Program-made: the position numbers and the translations under genes
Shown: positions 35,301 to 47,441 of the stretch, piece by piece
Layout of the letters: every line of letters begins with the position of its first letter
How positions within the stretch are numbered: position 1 is the first letter of the stretch
Notes under the pieces: generated by a model
Told to the model about the DNA's origin: nothing
Seen by the model: only the letters and a program-made list of their open reading frames with translations
The model's database searches: none
NCBI GenBank assembly: GCA_973895155.1
Contig: OZ316896.1
Coordinates: 23,207,722 to 23,271,721 of the forward strand
Direction: 5' to 3'
Length of the DNA: 64,000 nucleotides
Source: Marsupella aquatica
Lineage: Eukaryota; Plantae; Marchantiophyta

Positions 35301-37564
35301 AACTGTTTTCCTTTGACTTGTTTCAAACACACATAGTCTTGTTTGGTGCTTTTTGTATAACGAACCTTTCTTGTTTGTGACCAATACTACTGATGTGGCT
35401 GCACGTGCTTCCAGGGATTTGGAAGGAACTTCCCATGGAGGTCGGTAAAAAGAGAGAAGTTTTGGACACTTCTCCATTTATATGGCTAGTGGTGATTTTC
35501 TCGTGTTAGTAAACAAGGTGTATCATGGTGCTGGGCTCCTCAACTGTGGCAAAACCCTCTTCAAGTAACGCCTGCACTAACTGAGCATGTATTTCTATTG
35601 TGACTGATGTTCACCAAGTGGTATCCATTTGGAATGCGACAATACTGCTATTATAGAACATCAAAGGTGTGTCCTTGCCTGGGGCTCAATGGTAGACAAA
35701 TACAAATCTTTCATATTTTGACAATTACCCTAGCCAAGTATCCTTCGCCTGCCAAGTACACCCCAAGGGACAGACGTGTTGCTAGGGCCTTCAAGGGTTA
35801 CATTCTCAAGCCAGCTGATGAAAGTTGGGGTAAGAGACAAGTGTCACTCAACATTTTGGTGATACCAGAACATTCCAGAACTAGCATCACTAGCCCAAAT
35901 ACATGTGCATCTCAGGAAGGGATCCCATGCCCCTCTCGGAGGAGGATAAAAAAGAGAGTTACCAGATCATTAATTATGGCCTATAGCTGCACTGTGGAAA
36001 GTAGGATCAAAAATATAAGTTACAAGATAATTAATTATGGCCTTCAGCTTCACGCCTTCACTCTACAGAGTGCGTACGGTGCGAGTAGCATCAAAAATTC
36101 AAGTCAGCACATAAATGACGGCCTTCAGCTTCACTCTAGAAAGTAGGTCAAGACAGTAAACTTTGATCGATAATTATAATATGAGTTTTCCTGGAATTGC
36201 GGAGGAGAACAGCATTTTAGAGGAAGACATTGAGTGGAATGCGAAAAAGAGGAATTTCTTTACCCTGTTCCCCTAAGGAATGCCGTTGATGGTTTCACCG
36301 TCATTTGCCAAACTTGACTTCTGCTTAAGTGGACAACACTCAGCAGCGTTGATGCAGAAACAGCCCACAACATTTGCCCTGTTCAATAAGGGGACTACTT
36401 CAAAAGTCAATTCCGATCAATTTTCCATTGACGGTTTCAGTCACTCACTGCCGTGAGCTTTGATATCATCTCATTCTAACAGTGTTCTCCAGTCCATCGA
36501 AACTCGCTGGCAACACTGAATTCAACCAAGCTAGGAAATCACCTCAATTCCGTTCCTCCTTTCCGCCATAAGGCTCATGCCCGGGAGCTGTACTACCTGT
36601 CAGGAAAAAACCTATTCGAGAGCCAAAAGCAAAGAACTATTCTAGAAACCAAGCGCGAAAGCACACAGGTGACTCCTGAAATTGACCGTGGTCTTTTTAG
36701 AAGAAGTTCAAAACTCAAGTAAACCGCCACTAAACAAGTATCCATGGGATTGTACAGAACTATGGACTTTCAACAGGTTAACAAACATTTAAATTCACCG
36801 ACTCAACCCATATCTGCCAGTCGAAAAATGAACCGGAGTTCGCATCTAAAGTGGATTGCCGTCACATGTTGACAACAAAAAACCATTCCATGCCTCATTC
36901 TCAAACCTAATATGAACTCCTGGCAACATCCTGATTTAAGGCCATGGACCGGAGTTGAAATTCAACCAGAATTGTAGGGTCGATGACGAAAACTTAGTCC
37001 AGAAAACAAGCTTTGGGAGATGATTACTTTATCAGATTTTCCTCCGACATCAGATTGGAAAGCAAGTAGGTGAGGCGGACATATTTCGTAAATCAAGCCC
37101 AACAAGAGATTTATTCAAGTGACTCAGGATATACACCATCTCATTCTTGCACTCTTCAGCTTCCATTCTTTGGGGTGGCACCGCACCGGCCCTCCAACAG
37201 AGAAATTATGAAAGTAATTGAATTGATAATTCGAGAGAGATGTCAAAATCTTCAGAGTGGAACAATCCTCCAGAAAACTCTCGACGCGCCTCCGAAATTT
37301 ATTTTCAAAGACATATGGTACACCGCACAGACCACTGACGACACAGGGGGCTTGGAAAAGAAACTAGACTAAGCAGAAACCAGAAGAAAATACTTGCTCA
37401 TGAATGAAATTTCGACAAATGGATTTCGTGATACAGATCCACTGAAATAATGCGAACAGATTATTTCACAAAGTTTTCATGCTCCGTAAAAAGATGTCTC
37501 CTTGTTCACAGTAGACATTGTGACGTTACGTAAAATACAACGAATGTTGTGCTTGATCAATAAT

Positions 37565-38269
37565 CTAAGCCCACCATGGATCCTCGCCTGTCCTGAAGTC
37601 GGTCTCTACCCAGGGGCTGAAGACGACCTTATCTTCGGCGACATCAACGTGCGCTAACGCCAGAGACAAAGGTGCCGGTCCTCGTACCACGCGCCCTTGG
37701 TTGTTATACTGCGAACCATGGCAAGGACAGATAAACTTGTTCTCCGGGCCATTGAATGGCACCACGCATCCGAGGTGAGTGCACACGGCATTGACTCCAA
37801 AAGTCGCCAGAGTACCGTCAGTCTCCACTACCAGATAGGTCGGATCTCCCCTCAAGCCCTGGGCGAGAGTTCTGTCACCTGGGGGGTGCGTCTTCAACCA
37901 ACCTGTCATGGTAACATCGTTTCCCAGAGCGTCCTTCGCACTCACGCCAGCTCCGCCTCCGCCAGAGCTAGGAGGGACGAGGAAGTACAGATATGGGCCC
38001 AGGAGCCCGGCACTGGGGAGGGAAAGGGCTCCCACGAGAAGCCAATTCATGAGGCTCCTCTTGCCCATGTCTGGGGCTTCGCCGGACGCCGCTGCAGCCA
38101 TGCAGACTGTCTTCACCCCTACGCTGTTCTTCTTCATGGGGACCATCCTCAGCGGTGCGAATTTCAGCTCAGCTGACGACGACGACGCCATAACGCCATT
38201 GCGAGATGCTCCCAATCGCGAAATCGAAGACGCAGCGGCCATAGCCTGCAGGCTACAAACTACCGCCAT
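37565..38269 (-). CDS. petC: Cytochrome b6f Rieske iron-sulfur subunit, plastid-targeted, intronless
   Basis: 234-aa ORF with Ser/Ala-rich transit peptide, PDMGKR..MNWLLVG TM helix, Rieske boxes CTHLGC and CPCHGS, and C-terminus [13 protein letters not shown]. Confidence 0.97.
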   Translation of the reverse strand: MAVVCSLQAMAAASSISRLGASRNGVMASSSSAELKFAPLRMVPMKKNSVGVKTVCMAAAASGEAPDMGKRSLMNWLLVGALSLPSAGLLGPYLYFLVPPSSGGGGAGVSAKDALGNDVTMTGWLKTHPPGDRTLAQGLRGDPTYLVVETDGTLATFGVNAVCTHLGCVVPFNGPENKFICPCHGSQYNNQGRVVRGPAPLSLALAHVDVAEDKVVFSPWVETDFRTGEDPWWA

Positions 38270-39824
38270 CGCTGCGACAACACTCGATGGTGTTTCCTTT
38301 CCGAATCTCTCTTACTGTGTGCTCTGACCACACTGTGCAGCAAATTCCCAGTTCAATTCACCACTTCTGCCTGCAATGTGCGCTAGTGGGAAAGCAAGAG
38401 AAGGAAGCCGAAGTGGAGTGGAGCGATGGCAGAGGAGCCCAATCGAGTGGAAGGGGAGAGCGGAGACAGATGATGGGTGTGGAGAGGAACGGGAGGGAGT
38501 GTGCGATCCACTCGACGCTTTTTGGCAATGGACAGCACGGGATAGCGGAGGCCTATCCACTCGTTTAAATGGTTCCGTCACCCAGAGTTCCAACTTCGGC
38601 AACTTTTTTACTCCCACTTTGAGAAGCGAAAGATAGTCCACTAATTAAAATCTGCGCGAAAAGTTGACACCCCCCATGAGTCTCGTTGAGGTTTACTTAC
38701 ACCTGTCAGGTCCCTCAGTTGAGCGCAGCCATTTCCTATTACTTCAAGGGGAGGCTAAGTGACCACTGTCTACCTTGCATGGGAGCTCCTTTGCAACTAC
38801 TGACTTTATCTCTACAGTCCGATCTTCCCGATGATATAAATTGCAGTTAAGATGTTGAATGGTCATGGATTTGTGTTTGCAAATGGTCCCGATCTTTCAC
38901 ATTTATATGATTTGCATTCTAGGTAAGATTTTGGCAAATTTGCCCCAAATAAAATGGTTGACTGGAGGTGTTCTCTAAGTGAAATACATGTCCCATGGAT
39001 ATTGAGTCTAAGGGTGACTTTTTGTTTTGTCTGAGGGCGACTTTACAAGACATCAAGCAGCCAGTGTTTAGATTGCCTGAAGCCATGGTGAAGCGGTCCA
39101 GCTTAGAGCAATCACCAATCCCCAAGTTCATGTCCCTCAATCAGGTTGGGAACCCTTTGCAGGAATGAGAGAACTCAAAGTTGTGCATTGCAAAATTTCT
39201 CTACAACAAAATGCATTACGCACTTTGGGAGATTCTCATGTTTTGGGGAATACCATTGATATGCAATCTAAACCTAATTAATCTGTGGACCCCCATGTTC
39301 ATCCAAGGAATGTGTGTGTGATTAAGTGAAATCAATTTTCATCAAGGCGGTAACCAACGGTTTTGAGTCTCCCGATGGTGTTGGTGTGTGCTCGTACAAA
39401 AACAAATGCTCAAAAGATAGAGATTTATTGTTTGTGAGTTACATTGAGTATTACTGGCACAAGACAGATTAGAGCACAACACTCAACTGTTGGCAAAAGA
39501 TCACTTGTCAATTCGGTGGGAAGAATACACAAAACGAACGAGCCATCACTTCAAACAAAGATTTGTAGTTATTTTTATTTAAGAAAGTTATGGTGTGAGG
39601 GGAAGACCAACAATTGTTTCTTTGACATAGAGGCTGCATTTGGTGTCAACCTGTGCTCAGAGTGAGCTTTAGTTAAGTTGAAGACTATCTAAGAGATGCG
39701 AACAATTCAAGTCGGGAAGCAAGCATTGTGGACAAGCGATGGTGACGTAATCAAGGAAATCAATTTGTAGCCGCTAAGTTTGTGACGGTGACGAGATTGT
39801 GATATCTCTTAATCAAAAAAGGGT

Positions 39825-40305
39825 TTCCAATGAGCCTCAAATTGACAAATTTTGTCAAGTTCCATATGAGTTTTTGAATTTCTTTGCCCTTCCAATGAGT
39901 GTGAGTATAAGAAATTTTGATCATGAGTTCATGAATTCTTTTAGCTTTCTAACATTGAGTCTGACATTGACAAATTTCATGTCAGATTTTGTCATGGTAC
40001 TCAAGAGATCAGGAGATTTTCAATCTCTTTAGCTTTCTAATGTGTGACATTGAGATTATTTGTCAAGAAATAGAGAGATCATGAGTATCTAAATTTCTCT
40101 AGCTTGCCAATGAACCTAACATTGATAGATTTTGTCAAGTACTAAGGAGATGATGAGTTGTTAATTTTACTCTAGTTTTCCAATGAGTGACATTGAGAGA
40201 TTTTATCAATACATTACTAAAGAGATCACGAGTTTCTAAATCTTGATCTTGAATTTTCCAATGAATCAAACATTGGCAGATTTTATCAAGTACTAAGGAG
40301 ATTTA
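39825..40305. repeat. Degenerate ~70-bp tandem repeat, about 7 copies
   Basis: Recurrent TTCCAATGA..ACATTGA..GATTTTGTCAAG..GAGATCATGAGT. Confidence 0.65.
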
Positions 40306-40724
40306 TTATTTAGTTTTACAAAGACAGTGAAGCCAAAGGGGTTTTAACTATGTACATTTCTATCGATTGATTTTTTCAAACTTGCAAACAATTAAAAAAT
40401 ATAAGTATTTTGATATAAAACACTCATATATCTTTGATAAACATCAAAATGGTAACTTTGTTTTACTAAATGACATCTCTTCCTTTGTATTTTGGTTTTT
40501 TTACGTTTAATATTTACGGCATGGCGCCCCAAAAATTACGTTGCATTTGCCACAAACAGAAATGTGCACGTTTGTTATTGTTAAAAGTAGGATCATTCCT
40601 GTTTGTGGCTAGTTGTGGTGATGTGGCGCAACCTCATGGCAGAGAATTTGCAAGAGACCCCTAATGGGGGTCCGTAATGAAAACCTCTGATTATATAAAA
40701 CAAGTTCAATCCCCATGCCTTGCA

Positions 40725-41815
40725 CAGAAGATGTCATTAAGTGAAAAGACGTCATTGCCCAAAACATGTAGTTAAGTCAAAAATATCATTGAACAAAAGA
40801 TGTCGTTAGTAACAGATGTCTTTACGTAAAAGATTTCAATTACAGAAAAGATGTTGTGCAAAAGATGACAATGCGCAAAAGATGTATTTGTGTAGAAGAT
40901 GTTGTTACACAAAAAATGATGTTATGTAAAAGGTGTTGTCAGGCGTGGTGGTCCCCTCATCCCTAAACCCTTCCACCCCAACCCACAATAGTTTGGCCCC
41001 TAGCCCGTTGCTATTTCATTCAAAATACATATTCAATTTTGCCAAGTATGTCCGTACTCATGGAATGCACTCATTTCATGGGAGTACCAAGGGGAGGGGT
41101 GAGCACACGCTCCTTGCATTGCATGGGACATGCAAGGGAAGGGGAAACATTGTCATTTTTTAAAATCATTGTTTGAAAACTATATTCATTTTTTGGGGAG
41201 GGGCCAGGCACACACTAGTTCAGGGCATGCATATTTAGATGCAGTAAAATTGAGTAAAAACCAAAACCAAAACAAGAAACATGTTCCTTTTCGTACCCAT
41301 TCTAAACTTCTCACCATTTCCAACATTTTCATTTGAGTAATTATGGTTGAACTTTGTTACGGACATGGGCATTTGTCTGCAATACTGTCTCGGATGACAT
41401 GTAACACATGTTTCAATTTGAGAACAATTTGTATACAACTAGCCCAACGCCTGAAGTCAAGGTGGTAAAAAGATGCAGAGGAGTGAAAAAGATGTCGAGG
41501 AGATAAAAAGATGTCTGAGGGGAGGAAGAGAACTTCAGATGAAAAAAGATGAAAAAAAGGAAAGATGGCAAGATGAGAAAAGTAGGGATAGGTCAGATTA
41601 CAATGTTCAGGTGAGGAAAAGGTGTTGAGATGAGAAAATATATGAAGGAGAGAAAGGACGTACCCAAATCGATGTCAAGGGTGAAAAAAAGATGTTGCGG
41701 TGAGATAAATATGTCAAGACCAGAAAAAGATGAGGTGATGAGAAAAATATGTGAAGGCAAGGAAAAGATGTTGAGAAGAGAAAAGTATATCAAGATAAGA
41801 AAATTATGTCAAGGC
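40725..41815. repeat. Two degenerate minisatellite arrays with core AAAAGATGT (~40725-40935 and ~41465-41815)
   Basis: Core recurs about every 18-20 bp in both arrays, on the same strand. Confidence 0.55.
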
Positions 41816-42683
41816 CAGACACTCCTCTAGTATATAGTCTTTGGGGGACCCACTCGATGGAATGCCCAGGCTTTCTGGTCTTTTTGTGGGCTTTCTACCA
41901 GTAGTGCTCTAAAAAGACCAGTTGGCCACGAAAATAATACAAAAGGAATCAATCCTAGTGTTTCTGTTGACGTGAAATCACTTGGAGCCCAGATAGTGCA
42001 GTGTCTTCAATCTCAAACTGTGCTGGCATCAATCTGGACACCATTCACCCCACTAGTATCAATTTCTTGACTCCCAAGTTAACCCATCTCCTGTTCTTGA
42101 CAAGAACAAGATGACAACAATTGGAGGATTGAGATGTCACTTGCAAGAGTTTTCTTTAATTAGACTTAGTTTCCTTCCTATCAAGTGATTGGTACACTTT
42201 GGCTTTTTCCTGGAGTTGTTGAGAGGTCACTTGTAGTGGAGTCCTCCCAATCCTACATGGACTGGAGTGGGTCCCACAAAATGATTACATGGAGAGTGTA
42301 AGTTTGCTAAAGTTTGAAAGGATCTCTCAGTCTCTTCTCATGCTGTCATACAGTATCAAATGCATTACTCTACCATTTTTTTGGTCAGGAGACAGTCTGA
42401 GTAAATGGACCTCTGCATCAGCTCCCAAGCAGGGGTAGTGAAACCTCAACCTCCAACCCTCAACCCCAACCTAAGCTCTCAACACTCCTCTGTCTCCTAA
42501 ACTCTAAACCAAACCCTCAAAACTCAACCCCAACCTAAACTCTCAACAATCCTTTGTCTCATTAGTTCAAACCCTTAAATTCCAATCCCAACCTCGGGGG
42601 TCTCAGTATAGGAGCCCCCTCCGTCAACTGCTGCCACTCACATTCTTTCGGCATTAATGGCAGGGTAGGAATAGACACTAGCC

Positions 42684-43051
42684 AAAAGGGCCAGCTCTCT
42701 TCTTATGTATCCCCTCTTGAATCTGCCCACAATCTTCTCAAATTTTACTAAGTCCTTGTGCTTATAATTATTCTTTACTTGACTTAAAGTGTGAATTTAG
42801 TCCGAGAGATAAATTTTGCTTGGCCAATTGGTCCATTGAAGCACCAGGCATCAGTCTTTAGGGAGTAACCACAAGGCAAAGGGGCCAACTCTCTCATTTA
42901 TCCCCTCTCCCTTCTGAACTTCACAAACTTTGCAAAATTGACAGTATAATGTTCTTAGAGCTGTTCTTTATTTGACTTCTATATAGTGTGAATTTGCGTT
43001 AGAGGGATAAATTCGGTTTGGCCAATCTGAGTCTATTGAAGCACCAGGCAT
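42684..43051. repeat. Diverged ~195-bp tandem duplication just 3' of the PPR gene
   Basis: Two copies of AAAGGG(G)CCA(G/A)CTCTC...GTGTGAATTT...GATAAATT...TGGCCAAT...TTGAAGCACCAGGCAT. Confidence 0.7.
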
Positions 43052-43138
43052 TACTCACTACTTGGGCAATACAGATTGGAACAGATAGACAAATGGGGAT
43101 TGCTCCCGAGTCACCTTCGAACACAACCTTCAATCTGG

Positions 43139-45060
43139 TCACCAGTAATCGCCACAAGAGCATCTGCCACCTTTGAAATGATGAAAACGATTGGCATCCC
43201 TGGCTATAATCTCACGTCCAGTCACCTTCGAGATAAACTTGGTTGCGGTATGACACACCCGAAGGTTCTTCCATACACGAATTGGTTTTCCCCGAGGTAT
43301 GTGCAAAAGTCCGTAAGCAATAGCCAACTTCTCACTATGAGAACAAAGAGCTAGTTCTTTATCCTCCTCATTGATATCATGCAACACAAGTCGGGTATCC
43401 GGAATGTAGCCTTCAGCCTTCAGTGTTTCAGTCAATTTATTGAGCTCAGTATATATCGCCCTCGCTTCTGGGTGAGATTTATCCCCTACAGCAAATTTAT
43501 GGATCTTCTTATCAACTTCGATAAAGCTACGCCCTGGCTCCTTCCGAAGGCCTCTGTCTTGCATCATGGTGCGCACCAATGACTTCTTCTGTCGCTTACC
43601 AGCTGCAGCGTAGATATTAGACAGGAGCACGTATGCAGAGGCATTATTGGGGTCCAACTTGAAAAGCTCCTGAGCGGCAAGTTCGCCCAACTCCACATTA
43701 CTGTGAGTTCTACAAGCCCCAAGCAAGGCTGTCCAAGTGACTGTATTTGGTTCCATTGGCATGTCAGTCATGAAGAGCTCTGCTTCCTCGAAGTGTCCAG
43801 CCCTCCCAAGCAGATCCACCATGCAGTTATAATGCTCAATCTCAGGCTCGATGCCATAATCCTGCGTCATAGCTGAGAAGACTCTACGGCCATCATCAAC
43901 AAGGCCTCCGTGAACACAGGCTGACAAAACTGCCACGAATGAATACACGTTGCGGTTCACACCGTCTGCGGTCATTTTTCTGAAGAGGTTCAGGGCTTCA
44001 TTCCCACACCCATGTTGTGCAAGTCCACCGATCATTACAGTCCATGTGACTACATCGCGTTTCTCCATTCTGGCAAAAACAAGTCGGGCGTCATCTATAC
44101 TGCCACTCTCTGCATACATGTGAACGAGTGCACTGCCCACACGCAAAGCCGACTCCAGTCCGGCTTTTCTAGCGTGACCATGAACCTCCTTCACCCACTC
44201 CAAAGCCCCCGCACTTGCAGATGCATTCAGGATGCTCACATAAGTGATTGCATCTGGTTTGAAGCCTTCCCGTCTCATTTGGAGGAATAGTCGATATGCT
44301 TCCACACCATCACCCGTTCTGCACATGCTCCAAACATAACATTCCATGTAATGACATTTCGATTGGTCAACTTTTCAAAAGCATTGCTTGCCTCGGTAAT
44401 GCACCCACATTTAGCGTACATCATTACGAGAGCAGTCCCTACACGCACGTCCGATTCAAAGCCGACCCGTCGAAGATGCTCATGAATTTCTTTTCCGCAT
44501 CTTAGAGCTAATGGGCAGGCACATCCTTTCAGGATGCTCAGATACGTGATCTCATTCGGCTGCACGCCTTCTTGGCGCATTAGATTCAACATTTCGAGTG
44601 CAGATTCAACATGATCACTTCTAGCGTATCCTGCAATCATGCTGGTCCAAGTAATAACACTCTTCTTCTGAATTTGATCAAAAACTCTACGTGCATCCGA
44701 TAATCCTCCGCATTTGATATACACATTCAACAGCGTGATTACCACATATGGATTCTTATCAACTCCACTCTCGATGATGCAATCATGAATTTGCTTGACT
44801 ACTGACAGATCTTTCGGATGCAATAGCATTTGCAGAACTTTAACATATGTGTACGAGTCTGTAGGAATGCCTCGCTGTAGACGATCTATCAAAACAGCAA
44901 TTGTTTCATGCCTGCCAGTCCCTTTTGTCGTGACTTGAGACCGATCTCTCGTGCCATAACTAACATGAGATTGAAATCTGCAGTGAGTAATCACATTCGC
45001 CCTTGGCTTAACCCATGCAGGAGTTGACCATCCATCCACCCAAAGTACTTTCCTTGTCAT
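43139..45060 (-). pseudogene. PLS-class PPR-E-DYW protein gene, frameshifted and lacking the DYW CxxC motif (pseudogene, or an intact gene with an assembly error)
   Basis: ORFs 44275-45060 and 43139-44347 join into one PPR array if 1 nt is restored near 44313 (..FGACAE[R]GDGVEAYRLF). PG box KEPGRSFIEV, HSEKLAIAYG and terminal CSCGDYW are present. Reads KNLRVC-HTATK instead of KNLRVCxDCHTATK. Confidence 0.85.
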
Positions 45061-47441
45061 CTTATGATTGAACTCAAGTGCTCTGGGCTTCGTCTGTCAG
45101 CACCACAACCCACGATCAGATCTGGTACCAGGATCAAATCCACGACATTCCACGCAGTGCAATGAATTTGAAGTTATTTCTTGAGGACTATGTTTCCCAA
45201 CGATCTTTCTACAATGAATGTTCAGATATAGATAGCAGACCGGTAAGTCTAGGGAGTTCTAGGGTGCATTCCTACCTCTGTCCATATATGTATTTTCTTG
45301 TCTCCCTTGCTCCGCTGTGATATTTGGTAAAGATAACTTGCAAAAGTTGTGTGACTCCTTTTCAGCTGAGAGTAACGGCTATCTGTCAAGAATGCAATGA
45401 CCTTAGAATACTGAAATAATTGTGAAAGGCAGATCTAGGTAGCTCAAGTATCAATTAGCTTGTTCATACTCTTGTTATTCACTGTAACCACAGAAAGGAC
45501 AGAGTCAACAGAATATCGAAGTGGCATTAAAAACCTTCAGGCAGGAGTCGCATGTTATCGTTGAGGTTTGCATAGGATAGACTCTTATGACACATTGACA
45601 GGCGTTCAGTTCTACGTTTCCTCCACTGTCCTTTCTATTCTATACACAACCAGAATCTCAGGTTTTTGAAAAGCGACTACAATTCACAAAAAACCCTAGC
45701 CAGCATCTGTAGATTGGCTCTAGAGAATCCTTAATTAGGCGCACATGACATGAATGGGAAAGCGCTACCCGTCCTTCTCCTACAATTCAGAACTAAAGCA
45801 TATGCAGCATTCTTTAAATTGGCTCTTATACAATCCATCGAGAGACACATATGACATGAAAGTGACAGCGCCTCCCGCCCCCTCGCCCAAGAATCAAACT
45901 TCAAGTTCAATTAAAGTCTTCATCACACAAGCCCCATAGCAGGAAGTTCACGCAATTATAAATGTCACCGTGGTGCTGGAACAAGAGTTTCTGTTTAAAA
46001 GTAGGTACGCATAACGTTGAAATCGCTCTTCAGTCTCATTACCTGAAGGCCTTGTACAAGAACAATGGCTGATATCCATACCAATCAAACCGGAAGATGA
46101 AGGATGAACTCTGCAAATCAGACCACTGCCTATAGAAACTCATCAAGGCGAACGTCCTGGTACAGTTTTTAAAGTTCCATCTTGAGATGGGTAAGCTGCG
46201 AAAGGGAAAACAGTGAGCTAATATTGAAGTTGTCAAGCTTATTCTATGCTCCACATGTAAGCATACTTTAATATACTTCTCTGCACTTACAGTAGCAACG
46301 AGGTCCAAAGACATTCAGTAGTTTGGGATGATGAAGTAAATTCTCCGTTGATTATTGTCGAATAGAGTGATTTTTAAGTCTAAAATCCGCCACTTGGGAA
46401 CGGAAAGGACAGAGTACAAGATGCCAAATAATGACCCAATCAAGAATGAGGACACACGGGACCGAAGAAGGGCACAGGAGAGTTTAAAATATCAATCGGT
46501 TAAGCGTAGCTTTATTCTCTCTTTGGTATGGGTTTGAGCTATATCACACGCCGGCCCAATCGTCAACGAACAGGAGATTCTCCCTTTGCATCGGAAACTG
46601 AGTGGGAAGTTAGCAGAATAAGCTACAACTACTAGAGTTTCCCCCAAATAGGAACTACTGCATACCTACATCGTTTGCCAATTAGATACTTTTTTTCATT
46701 GTGAGATCCTTTTGAACTATCTTTGACATATCTGCCGCGCTCACTCTGCAAGTCGTGAGATCATGTACGAAATCTGACAATTTAAACCCAATAATGGTCT
46801 TCAAAGAGATTGATCTGAGAGGCATGGTTGCGTGTGCCTTCACTTCTTCCTTTCCAAAACCTGACAGCAATCTACTATGAAATAATCAGACCGAGCTGTC
46901 AAAACAAATACGGAACTACACTAAATGAAATTCTTCTGTACATTCTGCCCTTTAAAACGTAGTTCATATGACGCAAAAACGAAGCCCCCTCTCATTCAAG
47001 TGCCAAACTTTCAAACGATGGATAGTATTCGGCAACCAACGCAAATCTCAGGACGGTCCTTTGTCATTAACACCAGGGCCGGACTGATAAATTTTGAGAC
47101 TCACAAGTCCTGAAATTCAGATATGCCATAAAGAAAAACTTCGTCTATGAGTTGCCTTAAATCACCAGGTAAAGTCTTCGATATCTCTCTTTAGTTTACT
47201 CCCGGTCTTCCTTTCAGAAACCTGCGGAAGTCTACAATTGGGTTTTGTTATTGCATCTGTCTGTCAATGAAGATTTGGAGAAGAAAAAACATAGGGCAGT
47301 CTCCTCTTTGCCAAGGTGAGACAGTTGATGCCAATCAACAGCAATCGAGTTGACAGAACTCAACAAATATGGAAGAACACGAATTTCAGGGAAAGCAGAT
47401 CACCTTCCAATGAGTTACTGCTACGAGTATCAGAATCCTGT

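Noticed and set aside
35607-36146. 179-aa ORF
   Set aside because: No domain features, and it overlaps short local duplications; probably chance.
39825-40935. Periodic repeats as a CRISPR-like array
   Set aside because: Units are degenerate along their whole length with no constant repeat/unique spacer pattern, the context is eukaryotic, and there are no cas genes.
42440-42595. Telomere-like AAACCCT-type repeats
   Set aside because: Too short and degenerate to call an interstitial telomere.
46039-46870. Exon-like pieces on the minus strand between the PPR and Crinkler-like genes
   Set aside because: Plausible splice sites, but no recognisable protein or consistent gene model.
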